From assembly GCA_038851755.1 (NCBI GenBank), contig JAWCKR010000023.1, positions 1-14,770 on the forward strand: DNA of 14,770 nucleotides, read 5' to 3'. The stretch is from Candidatus Hadarchaeales archaeon. Lineage in GTDB: Archaea; Hadarchaeota; Hadarchaeia; Hadarchaeales; WYZ-LMO6. A model generated the notes under the pieces. It made no database searches, was not told the origin of the DNA, and saw only the letters and a list, made by a program, of their open reading frames with translations. The first letter of the stretch is position 1. Each line of letters opens with the position of its first letter. Position numbers and translations under genes: made by a program. Positions 1-7,657 of this stretch are shown here, in pieces.

Positions 1-423
1 GTCCACGTAGGCCCCTCCCCCTATCCCTGTCCCTATCCCCACGTACACCAGGTCGTCCACCCCCCTTCCAGCCCCGAACTCCCTCTCGCCCACCGCCGCG
101 GCGGAGCAGTCGTTGATCAGGACCACCGGTACCCCGAACTCCTCCTCCAGGGGCCTCACCAGGGGGACGCGCCTGAAGGGGAGGTTGGGGGAGTCCCTCA
201 CCTCCCCCCTCTTCAGGTCCAGCGGGCCCACGCAGGCCAGCCCCACCCCCGCGAGCTTCCCCGAGAGCATCGAGCGGAGGAGGGAGGCGATCTGGCGGGA
301 GGGGGAGAGGGGGTCGGTGAGGAGGGTCCTCTCCCTCCTCTCCACCAGCAGCTTTCTCCCGTCCGAGAGGGCCACCCTGAGGTTGGAGGCCCCCAGGTCC
401 ACGCCCGCCAAGACCCCTGCCAT
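1..423 (-). CDS. ROK family sugar kinase (glucokinase-like), runs off the left edge
   Basis: Manual translation from ATG at 423: MAGVLAGVDLGASNLRVAL...VGPLD...SPNLP...PVVLINDCSAAAVGEREFGAGRGVDDLVYVGIGTGIGGG. It has the ROK motifs DLGAS, NDxxAAAxGE and GTGIGGG. There is no N-terminal HTH, so it is a kinase rather than a repressor. GGAG lies just upstream. Not in the ORF track. Confidence 0.92.
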   Translation of the reverse strand, partial: MAGVLAGVDLGASNLRVALSDGRKLLVERRERTLLTDPLSPSRQIASLLRSMLSGKLAGVGLACVGPLDLKRGEVRDSPNLPFRRVPLVRPLEEEFGVPVVLINDCSAAAVGEREFGAGRGVDDLVYVGIGTGIGGGAYVD

Positions 424-486
424 CACTCCTCCTTACTCTCCAGGCGTATTTGTAAGGATGGGAAGAGCGGGTCATCCCAGACCTTC

Positions 487-541
487 AATATTCGTTTCCT
501 TTAGAAACGAAAAATCCAAATATTCGTTTCCTTTAGAAACG
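487..541. repeat. Two identical 23-bp direct repeats AATATTCGTTTCCTTTAGAAACG (487-509, 519-541), each containing an inverted repeat; probable operator pair
   Basis: Seen directly, with a 32-bp period. Copy 1 with its flank gives TTCGTTTC-cttta-GAAACGAA (491-511). Copy 2 gives CGTTTC-cttta-GAAACG (525-541). It is an AT-rich island in GC-rich DNA ending 4 nt before the ATG at 546. Confidence 0.9.
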
Positions 542-545
542 TTTG

Positions 546-1844
546 ATGGAAAAACTGCTGTCGCTGCTGAACGGATGGTGGACGGAGGGGGAGGTCCCGG
601 AGGAGCTGGCAAAGCCCTACGTCCGCGAACCCTTCGCGCGAATCCTCGAACTCCTGAAGTACAAGCAGATGGTGCTGCTGACCGGGCTGCGACGCGTGGG
701 CAAGTCCACGCTGATGTTCCAGACCATCCGCCATCTGCTCCGGGAAGGAATCCCTCCCCGCCACCTCCTCTACTTCTCCTTCGACGAGAGGGTCTCCGAT
801 CCCCTCCAGGTCCTGGACCTCTACTCGAACCTCACGGGGGTCGACTGGCGCAGGGAAAGGATCTACGTGTTCCTGGACGAGGTGCAGAAGCTTCCTGGCT
901 GGGCTTCTAAACTCAAGCTCCTCTACGACAGCTGCCCCAACCTCAAGCTCTTCCTCTCCGGGTCAGGGGGGCCCATGCTCGAGAGGGAGGCCTCGAGCGA
1001 CCTGGCGGGGAGGTACTTCTCGGTACGCGTGGGGCCCCTCTCCCTCAGGGAGTTCTTCGAGATGAGCACCGGGAGGAGGGTGGAGGGGGAGCTGAAGCTC
1101 TGGGAGCCGGAGATGGGCAGGTTCCTGGAGAGGTTCATGGAAAGACCCTTCCCGGAAGTGGTGGGGTGGGAGGAAAGGAGGAAGGTGGAGGAGTACCTGG
1201 GGGAGAGCGTCCTCGAGAAGGTCGTGAGAAAGGATCTCCCGCAGGTCTTCCAGGGGGTCAACCAGGAGGCGCTGATGAGGATGCTCGAAAGCTTCTACTC
1301 CAGTCCAGGCATGTACCTCAGCCCCGACTCGCTCGCAAGGAGCCTGAGGATGAGCAAGAAGAACCTGCTCAGGCATCTCTCCTACCTGGAGTTCTCCTGC
1401 CTGATCCGGGTGGTCAGGAACTACAGGCCCTCCCTCCTCGTCGCCTCCAGGAAGCTCAAGAGGGTTTACCCATATCACTGGGCACTGGTGTGGGGGCTCC
1501 ACCTGGAGGTGGAGAGAGGGAAGCTGCTCGAGAGCATCGTGTCCTCCCTGCTGGAGGCCGAGTACTACTGGAGGGAGGGACCGAAGGAGGTGGACTTCCT
1601 GCTGAGGGAGGAAGGGAGGGTGATTCCCGTGGAGGTGAAGACCGGGGAGGTGGAAGCCGGCGAGCTGAAGGGGATGAGACACTTCATGAGGAGCTACGGG
1701 GCCGGGAGGGGATACGTGATCTATCCCGGGACGGAGGGACGTGTGTGGGAGTTCGAGGAGGGGAGGATCGAGCTGGTGCCCCTGCTGAAGGTTTGTCTGT
1801 ACGGGCGGGCGCTCTTCTCGAAGCCGCTGCCCAGCGAGCCCTAG
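546..1844 (+). CDS. AAA+ ATPase (AAA_14) with wHTH and C-terminal DUF4143/PD-(D/E)xK-like domain
   Basis: Walker A GLRRVGKS, Walker B VFLDEVQ, SGS sensor, LAGR arginine motif, HTH-like SLARSLRMSKKNLLRHLSYLE, and C-terminal YYWR..KEVDF..IPVEVK. ATG at 546 is preferred over TTG at 543. Confidence 0.9.
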   Translation: MEKLLSLLNGWWTEGEVPEELAKPYVREPFARILELLKYKQMVLLTGLRRVGKSTLMFQTIRHLLREGIPPRHLLYFSFDERVSDPLQVLDLYSNLTGVDWRRERIYVFLDEVQKLPGWASKLKLLYDSCPNLKLFLSGSGGPMLEREASSDLAGRYFSVRVGPLSLREFFEMSTGRRVEGELKLWEPEMGRFLERFMERPFPEVVGWEERRKVEEYLGESVLEKVVRKDLPQVFQGVNQEALMRMLESFYSSPGMYLSPDSLARSLRMSKKNLLRHLSYLEFSCLIRVVRNYRPSLLVASRKLKRVYPYHWALVWGLHLEVERGKLLESIVSSLLEAEYYWREGPKEVDFLLREEGRVIPVEVKTGEVEAGELKGMRHFMRSYGAGRGYVIYPGTEGRVWEFEEGRIELVPLLKVCLYGRALFSKPLPSEP

Positions 1845-1879
1845 GACGGGCCGGGCCCCCTTCTTTCCGTGCGGTAGGA

Positions 1880-1886
1880 TTAAAAG
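1880..1886 (+). promoter_or_regulatory. Putative TATA box for a leaderless proteasome beta transcript
   Basis: TTAAAAG ends about 22 nt before the ATG at 1909, in an otherwise GC-rich spacer. Confidence 0.5.
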
Positions 1887-1908
1887 CGGGAGGGGGTGAA
1901 GGGTTAGG

Positions 1909-2523
1909 ATGGAGTACTTCGCGGGGACCATCGTGGGCCTCAGGACTGCGGAGGGAGCGGTGCTGGCCTCCGACACCAGGGCGGTGGGGTACTACCTGGT
2001 GCTGAGCAAGAGGGCCCGGAAGCTCTTCAGGCTGGAGGAGAGGATAGGCGCGGCCTTCTCCGGTGCTCCCGGGGACATCCAGACGCTGGTGAGCCTCCTG
2101 CAGGCGGAGGCCAACCTGTACAGGCTGGAGAACGGGAGATCCATCTCCACGAAGGGACTGGCCCAGGTGGCCTCCAACGTGCTCCAGGGCAGGAGGTGGT
2201 ACCCCTACCTGCTCGAGGGAATCCTCTGCGGCCTGGAGGAGGGAAAGGTCTCCCTCCTCACGCTGGACCCCGTCGGGGGAAGGGTGGAGGAGGAGGACTT
2301 CTCCGCCGGGGGGACGGGTGCGCAGGTGGCCTACGGGGTGCTGGAGAGGAACTACGGGAAGGGACTGAGCCTGCAGGAGGGGAAGAGGCTGGCGGCGGAG
2401 GCCATCAGGACCGCCATAGAGAGGGACGCGGCCACCGGGGACAAGGTGGTGGTCTCGGTCATCGACGAGAAGGGGTACCGGGAACTCACGGACGAAGAGG
2501 TGGACGGGCTCCTGAAGAAGTAG
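1909..2523 (+). CDS. psmB: 20S proteasome beta-type subunit, probably non-catalytic
   Basis: TIVGL..GAVLASDTRA..K.LF, SGAPGDIQ, LDPVGG, GGTGAQVAYGVLE and RDAATG match the Ntn-hydrolase beta-subunit pattern. Confidence 0.93.
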   Translation: MEYFAGTIVGLRTAEGAVLASDTRAVGYYLVLSKRARKLFRLEERIGAAFSGAPGDIQTLVSLLQAEANLYRLENGRSISTKGLAQVASNVLQGRRWYPYLLEGILCGLEEGKVSLLTLDPVGGRVEEEDFSAGGTGAQVAYGVLERNYGKGLSLQEGKRLAAEAIRTAIERDAATGDKVVVSVIDEKGYRELTDEEVDGLLKK

Positions 2524-2547
2524 GCCGGACCACCCAGGCGGAAGGCC

Positions 2548-2853
2548 TCACGTGCTCCTCAGCTTCTTCAGCACCTCCACGAGCGCGTCGATCTCCTTCA
2601 GGGTCCTCATCATCTGCTCGTGGTCCTTCTCCGTCTCCAGCCTGGCCTTCAGCTCCTCCAGCTTCTTCCTCAGCGTCCCCTCCAGTCCCTCCTCCGGGGC
2701 CTCCTTACCCACCTTCCTCTCCCCGCAGGTGGGGCAGAAGACCCTCCCCTCCTTCTCGAAGAGGGGGCCCCTGCACTCCGCGCAGTGGATGGACAGCATC
2801 CTGGCGCCCGAGAAGAGCGCCTCCACCGCCCTGTCGATTTTCCTCTCCGGCAC
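2548..2853 (-). CDS. UPF0148 / autoantigen p27-like Zn-ribbon protein
   Basis: GARMLSIHCAECRGPLF...VFCPTC followed by a coiled-coil tail. The start is probably GTG at 2853 after GGGGGTGG; the ORF track extends it to 2883. Confidence 0.85.
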   Translation of the reverse strand: MPERKIDRAVEALFSGARMLSIHCAECRGPLFEKEGRVFCPTCGERKVGKEAPEEGLEGTLRKKLEELKARLETEKDHEQMMRTLKEIDALVEVLKKLRST

Positions 2854-2906
2854 CCCACCCCCCTCCCCTTTTAACCTTCCCACCTTATTATCCGTGGTGA
2901 TACCCC

Positions 2907-3170
2907 TTGTCCTCCGAGACAGAGGCGAAGCTCAGGAAGGCCAGCGAGCTGCTCTCGAACCTGGCGGGAGACCCCTCGGTGCCCAGGAACATCAGGAGGC
3001 TCGCCACCCAGGCGAAGGAGACCCTGATGAAGAAGGGGGAGGAACCCTCCGTCAGGGCCGCCTTCGCCGCCAGCATGCTGGAGGAGGCCAGCAACGACCC
3101 CAACATCCCCATGCACGCCAGGACCTCCATCTGGAACCTCCTGAGCCTGCTGGAGACCGTGCGTGAATGA
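2907..3170 (+). CDS. UPF0147 family protein
   Basis: DPSVPRNIRR and DPNIPMHARTSIWNLLSLLE signatures. TTG start with a GGTGA Shine-Dalgarno. Confidence 0.9.
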   Translation: MSSETEAKLRKASELLSNLAGDPSVPRNIRRLATQAKETLMKKGEEPSVRAAFAASMLEEASNDPNIPMHARTSIWNLLSLLETVRE

Positions 3171-3255
3171 GCCTCACCCCCGCGAGCGACCGCTCCTGCG
3201 GCCCGGCCCAGCCCTGACCCTCCTCACCCGAGCCCGCGAGTCCCGGTGAGGGACC

Positions 3256-3858
3256 CTAGGGCCGCCTCTCCTCTTCCTCCTCCTCGGCCTTCCTGGAGGG
3301 CGGCCTGACGAAGATCCTGTACCTGTCCTCCCCCTCGAGCTCCTTCACTATCCTGCTGGTGATCATCTCCCTCAGGTCGCCCAGACCCTTCACCCTCTCC
3401 TTCAGGTCCTCCAGGCTGGAGAAGGGGGCCTTCTCCCTCTCCTCCAGGATGCTCCACATCAGCTTCTTCCCTATCCCCGGGATGAGCTCCAGCTGGTGGA
3501 ACCTGGTGGTGACGGGGCCAGCCTTGTTGAAGAACTCCAGGAACCTCTCGGGGTGGCTCTCCACCAGGCGCCTCACCGCGGTGGGCAGCTCGGCCTTGGC
3601 CGCGGAGGTGAGCTCCTCGTGCCCGATCCTCCTCCTGATCCTCTCCACCTTGTCCCTCTCCCCCTTCCCTATGAACACCCTCTCCTGGGGCTCGAACTTC
3701 ACCCCCCTCTTGGGCACCACCTCGAGCAGGGTGAAGAAGTCCTCCCCCAGCAGCTGGACCACGGGCTCCCTCAGGTGCACCGGCCTTGGGTCGTTGGGAT
3801 GACCCTGGGGGAGGAAGTCCAGCACTATCCCGTAATCCTCAAACTTCTTCTGGGCCAA
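3256..3858 (-). CDS. DUF655 predicted nucleic-acid-binding protein (OB fold plus HhH)
   Basis: VLDFLPQG, FTLLE, FFNKAGPVTTRFHQLELIPGIGKK. Sits in its conserved position after rpo4. Confidence 0.92.
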   Translation of the reverse strand: MAQKKFEDYGIVLDFLPQGHPNDPRPVHLREPVVQLLGEDFFTLLEVVPKRGVKFEPQERVFIGKGERDKVERIRRRIGHEELTSAAKAELPTAVRRLVESHPERFLEFFNKAGPVTTRFHQLELIPGIGKKLMWSILEEREKAPFSSLEDLKERVKGLGDLREMITSRIVKELEGEDRYRIFVRPPSRKAEEEEEERRP

Positions 3859-3871
3859 AACTCTCCCTTCC

Positions 3872-4210
3872 TCACTTCCTGTGCTGGTTCAGCAACTCCA
3901 GGAGCTTCCCTATCTCCTCCGGGGTGAGCCTCCTCCTCTCCTTGGAGAGCAGGAGCTCCACCTCCTCCGCCTTCTCGGGCATGAGGTCCACCAGCTGCAC
4001 CGCCGCGGCCTCCCTGAGCTCGAAGGTCTTCACCAGCTCCTCCACCAGCTTCGCGGCCTCCTCGGGCTTAACCCTGGCGAACTTCTGGGCGTAGTCGTAG
4101 TCCAGGCGCTGCTCGTACCTGAGCTCCCTCTCCTTCTTTATTCCCTCCAGCAGCTCCAGGACCTCCGCCAGCGTGACCGGCCTCTCCGACACCACTCCGG
4201 AACCTATCAT
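3872..4210 (-). CDS. rpo4: DNA-directed RNA polymerase subunit F (Rpo4)
   Basis: VTLAEV..L, YEQR..DYAQKF, AVQLVDLMP. ATGA overlap with rpl21e. Confidence 0.93.
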   Translation of the reverse strand: MIGSGVVSERPVTLAEVLELLEGIKKERELRYEQRLDYDYAQKFARVKPEEAAKLVEELVKTFELREAAAVQLVDLMPEKAEEVELLLSKERRRLTPEEIGKLLELLNQHRK

Positions 4211-4473
4211 GGACCCACCCTTCTCAGGTGCTCCGGCAGTATAATAATTCTTTTCATTTTGCCCCCGTCCGTGATCTCCACCTCGTACGCTCTACCCCTC
4301 CTGCCCCTCACCGTTCCCACCCTTCCCTGGTACCGCGGGTGGGGCCTTCCCTCCTGCACGCTCGGCTCTATCCTGAGGACCACCCTCTCCCCCTCCTCGA
4401 ACCCCCCCATCATCCTCCCGGCCGTGACCGCCTCCCCCTTCCTCTTCGACAGTTTCTTCCTGGCCTTGGTCAA
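4207..4473 (-). CDS. rpl21e: 50S ribosomal protein eL21
   Basis: GERVVLRIEPSVQEGRPHPRYQGRVGTV, DGGKMK..I.PEHL. TTG start after GGTGGGAGG; the start position is uncertain. Confidence 0.92.
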   Translation of the reverse strand: MTKARKKLSKRKGEAVTAGRMMGGFEEGERVVLRIEPSVQEGRPHPRYQGRVGTVRGRRGRAYEVEITDGGKMKRIIILPEHLRRVGP

Positions 4474-4512
4474 CCTCCCACCGGAAAGAGTGGAGCCCCG
4501 TACCTCAAAAAG

Positions 4513-5865
4513 CTATCTCCTCTTCTCCTTCTCCAGCTCCCTCACCAGCTTCCCCAGCGGGCCTCCCCTGGGGAGCCTGCCCTTCCCCAGGGTCTTCAGC
4601 ATCCTCTTCATGAGCTCGTACTGCCTCAGGAGCTCCCTCACCTCCGCCTCGCTCGTCCCAGAGCCCTTCGCCACCCTCCTGATCCTGGAGGCGTTCAGGA
4701 TCTCCGGGTTGTCCAGCTCCTGCGGGGTCATCGACTGCATGATCACCCTGAACCGCTTCAGCTTCTCCTCCCCCACCCTGAGCTGGTCCTCCGAGAGGGA
4801 CACTCCCAGCCCCGGGATGAGGCCGGCGATCTTCTTCAGGGGACCCATTTTGCTCATGGCCTCCAGCTGCTCGTAGACCGTCCTCAGGGTGAGCTTCCCC
4901 CTCAGGGCCTCCTTCACCCCCTCCTCCCCCTTCACCCCCATCGTCTCCTCCACCCTCCTCAGGAAGGTCTCCAGGTCGCCCATCCCCAGGAGCCTGGCCA
5001 TGAACCTGGGGGGGTCGAAGGGCTCCAGGTCCTCGAGGTGCTCCCCCGTCCCTATGAACTTGATGGGCGCCCCTGTGGCCGCCACCGCCGAGAGGGCCCC
5101 GCCCCCCTTGGCCGTTCCGTCCAGCTTGGTCACCAGGATGGAGCCCAGGGGGGTCACCCTCCTGAAGGCCTCCGCCTGGTCCCTGGCCTGCTGGCCGAGC
5201 GTGCCGTCCACCACCAGCATGACCTCGTCGGGCCTGATCGCCTCGGCCATCCTCCTCATCTCCTCCATCAGTCCCCTCTCCTCCTTGTGCCTCCCGGCCG
5301 AGTCCACCAGGACCAGGTCGCACCTCCTCCCGAGCTCCTCCACCCCCCTCCTGGCCAGCCCCACGGGGTCCTTCTCCCCGGGTTCACCCCAGACCTCCAC
5401 CCCCGCCCTCTGCCCAAGCTGGGAGAGCTGGTCGTAGGCCCCCGCCCTGAAGGTGTCGGCGCACACCACCCCCACCCTGAAGCCCTTCCTCTTGAAGTGG
5501 TAGGCGAGCTTCGCCACGGAGGTGGTCTTCCCGCTCCCCTGCAGGCCCACCATCAGCACCACGGTGGGGGCGCCCTTCTTCAGCTCGAGGGAGGAGGGCT
5601 TCCCCAGGAGACCGGAGAGCTCCTCGTACACCAGCTTCACCGCGTGCTCCCTCCTGCTCATGCCCGGGGGAGGGCTCTCCTTCTTCAGGCGCTCCTCGAG
5701 CCTCTTCGTCAGGTCCAGGACCAGCTGCACGTTCACGTCCGCCTGCAGGAGGGCCCTCTGGAGGTCCCTCACCAGCTCCCTCACCGTCTCCTCGTCCACG
5801 TGGGGGGCCCTGGCGAGCCTCTGGAGCGCCCCGTGCAGGGCCTTCCCCAGCTTCTCCAGGACCAT
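4513..5865 (-). CDS. srp54: Signal recognition particle protein SRP54
   Basis: ALLQADVN, GLQGSGKTT, DTFR, DSAGRH, TKLDGTAKGGG, RLLGMGD, and M-domain SMTPQE..SRIRRVAKGSG. Confidence 0.97.
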   Translation of the reverse strand: MVLEKLGKALHGALQRLARAPHVDEETVRELVRDLQRALLQADVNVQLVLDLTKRLEERLKKESPPPGMSRREHAVKLVYEELSGLLGKPSSLELKKGAPTVVLMVGLQGSGKTTSVAKLAYHFKRKGFRVGVVCADTFRAGAYDQLSQLGQRAGVEVWGEPGEKDPVGLARRGVEELGRRCDLVLVDSAGRHKEERGLMEEMRRMAEAIRPDEVMLVVDGTLGQQARDQAEAFRRVTPLGSILVTKLDGTAKGGGALSAVAATGAPIKFIGTGEHLEDLEPFDPPRFMARLLGMGDLETFLRRVEETMGVKGEEGVKEALRGKLTLRTVYEQLEAMSKMGPLKKIAGLIPGLGVSLSEDQLRVGEEKLKRFRVIMQSMTPQELDNPEILNASRIRRVAKGSGTSEAEVRELLRQYELMKRMLKTLGKGRLPRGGPLGKLVRELEKEKRR

Positions 5866-5868
5866 CCC

Positions 5869-6456
5869 TCACCTCCCCAGCCAGCGGAGGACCCTCTCCC
5901 TCATCCTCCCCTGCACCTCCTCCACCGACCCCCTTCCCTCCACCCTCTCCACCTCCCCCCTCCTGGCCAGCTCCAGGTACTTCCTCCTCACCCTCCTCTG
6001 GAAGGAGAGGTCCCTCTCGAAGAGGTCCAGGTCCCTTCCCCCCATCCTCCTCAGGCACTCCTCCGGCGGAAGGTCGAGGAAGAGGGTCAGACCGGGGCGG
6101 GGGGAGAACCTGTTGACCTCCCTCACCCACTCCTCCCTCAGGCCCCTGGCGCACTGGTAGGCGATGGAGGAGTAGAGGCCCCTCTCGCTCACCACCATCC
6201 TCCCCTCCCTGAGGGCGGGAAGGACCAGGGAGGAGGCGTGCTCCATGCGGTCGGCGGCGAAGAGGAGGGCCTCCACCTCCGCGGGCATGCCCTCCCTCAG
6301 TCCCCTCCTGATGAGCCTCCCGATGGGGCCCCTGGTGGGCTCGGCCGTGCGCAGGACCCTGTACCCCAGGGAGCGCAGCCAGCCCGCCAGCAGCGAGGTC
6401 TGGGTGCTCTTGCCGCAGCCGTCCAGACCCTCGACGCACAGCAGCCTTCCCTTCAT
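5869..6456 (-). CDS. tmk: Thymidylate kinase
   Basis: EGLDGCGKST P-loop, LLFAADR, SSIAYQ. ATG at 6456 overlaps the upstream TGA (ATGA). Confidence 0.95.
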   Translation of the reverse strand: MKGRLLCVEGLDGCGKSTQTSLLAGWLRSLGYRVLRTAEPTRGPIGRLIRRGLREGMPAEVEALLFAADRMEHASSLVLPALREGRMVVSERGLYSSIAYQCARGLREEWVREVNRFSPRPGLTLFLDLPPEECLRRMGGRDLDLFERDLSFQRRVRRKYLELARRGEVERVEGRGSVEEVQGRMRERVLRWLGR

Positions 6457-7595
6457 GCGGGCCACCCCGGCAGGGGGAAGGTCAGGGGCAGGAGGAGGAA
6501 GGTCGCGAGGGCCAGGAGGCGGTGGGAGGGGGAGAGGGGCGAGAGGTCGTCCAGCACCCCGGCGTGAGGGCGACCGAAGAAAAACAGGATGAGGAGGCCC
6601 CAGAGCCAGAAGGGATACTCCGGGAGCAGGAAGCCGGAGAAGAGCAGGCCCAGGCCCATCCCCCTGGTGAGGGTCTGGTGGCCCTCGGCGCTCAGGAGCC
6701 CCCTGGCCACGTGCCCCCCGTCCAGCTGCCCGGCGGGGAGAAGGTTCAGGAAGGTTATGACCATCATCACCGAGCCGGAGAGGACGAGCGGGTTGTCCAG
6801 CCCCCCTCCCAGCGCGGACCTCAGGAGGAGGAGAACGGGAGTGGCGAAGACCGGCGCCTCACCCGACCCCCCCAGCGCCAGGCCGAGGGAGCTGATGACG
6901 AGGGCGAGGGCGAAGCCCAGCAGGGGCCCCGAGGCCCCCACCTCCACCAGCGCGTCCCTCGTGGGGATGGGGCTTTTCACCCTGACCACCGCCCCCAGCG
7001 TGCCCAGGTAGGTGGGCGCGGGGATGAAGTAGGGGGGGGAGGCCTCCACCCCGTTCCTCCTGGCGGCGAGGCCGTGCCCGAGCTCGTGGGAGGCCAGGAT
7101 CACCATCAGGCTCGTGGAGAAGAGGAGGGCCTTCACCGTGTCACCGAAGATCAGGAGATAGCTGAAGCCGAAGGTGGAGAGGAGCGTGAGGACCAGGAGC
7201 AGCAGGTGGAGGTAGGGTCTCGCCTCCTTCCGGGGCGGGAGGGAGAGGACCCTGAGGTAAAGGGTGCCTCCCACCCTCCGCAGGGCGGCCACCTTCCCCC
7301 CCGACCTCAGCTTCCGCAGCAGCCTGGAGAAGGAGGAACCCGGTCTGGCCTCCACCTCGAACTCCCCCCCTTCCTTCCCCAGCACGAAGTCCACCACCGA
7401 GAACTCCTTCTCCACCGAGGAGAGCACTCCCCTCCACTCCCCGGGAAGTTCCTTTCCCGTCACCGCCATATCCCCCCTGCACCTGGGGCACCTCCCCTTC
7501 AGCAGCTCCCCCAGCCCCAGCGAGGACATCTGGTACTCGGTGTGCCCGCAGGAGAGGCACTCCACCCTGGCCACGGGGATCTCCCTTTCCGCCAT
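6453..7595 (-). CDS. Site-2 protease family (M50) intramembrane metalloprotease with N-terminal Zn ribbon
   Basis: HELGH, PYFIP, GTLGA, GPLLG, NLLPAGQLDGGH and multiple hydrophobic segments. N-terminal CLSC...CPRC. Confidence 0.93.
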   Translation of the reverse strand: MAEREIPVARVECLSCGHTEYQMSSLGLGELLKGRCPRCRGDMAVTGKELPGEWRGVLSSVEKEFSVVDFVLGKEGGEFEVEARPGSSFSRLLRKLRSGGKVAALRRVGGTLYLRVLSLPPRKEARPYLHLLLLVLTLLSTFGFSYLLIFGDTVKALLFSTSLMVILASHELGHGLAARRNGVEASPPYFIPAPTYLGTLGAVVRVKSPIPTRDALVEVGASGPLLGFALALVISSLGLALGGSGEAPVFATPVLLLLRSALGGGLDNPLVLSGSVMMVITFLNLLPAGQLDGGHVARGLLSAEGHQTLTRGMGLGLLFSGFLLPEYPFWLWGLLILFFFGRPHAGVLDDLSPLSPSHRLLALATFLLLPLTFPLPGWPA

Positions 7596-7615
7596 CTTCA
7601 GGCTTGGTCGGGCCG

Positions 7616-7628
7616 ATAAGTAAATATT
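7616..7628. promoter_or_regulatory. AT-rich core of the divergent promoter between the M50 operon and thrS
   Basis: ATAAGTAAATATT is the only AT-rich stretch in the 62-bp divergent spacer. Confidence 0.5.
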
Positions 7629-7657
7629 CCTTCCCGGAGACTCCAGCCGGTGTTCGG

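Noticed and set aside
487-541. GTTTC...GAAAC repeats resembling a CRISPR array
   Set aside because: Only two copies with a 9-bp gap and no cas genes nearby. The position at a promoter fits an operator better.
113-910. 265-aa plus-strand ORF
   Set aside because: It overlaps the ROK gene antisense and the ATPase out of frame, and has no motifs.
5290-6195. Motif variants DSAGR in SRP54 and ERG for DRY in Tmk
   Set aside because: Single-site changes with the key Asp/Arg and all other motifs intact. They are not evidence of altered function.
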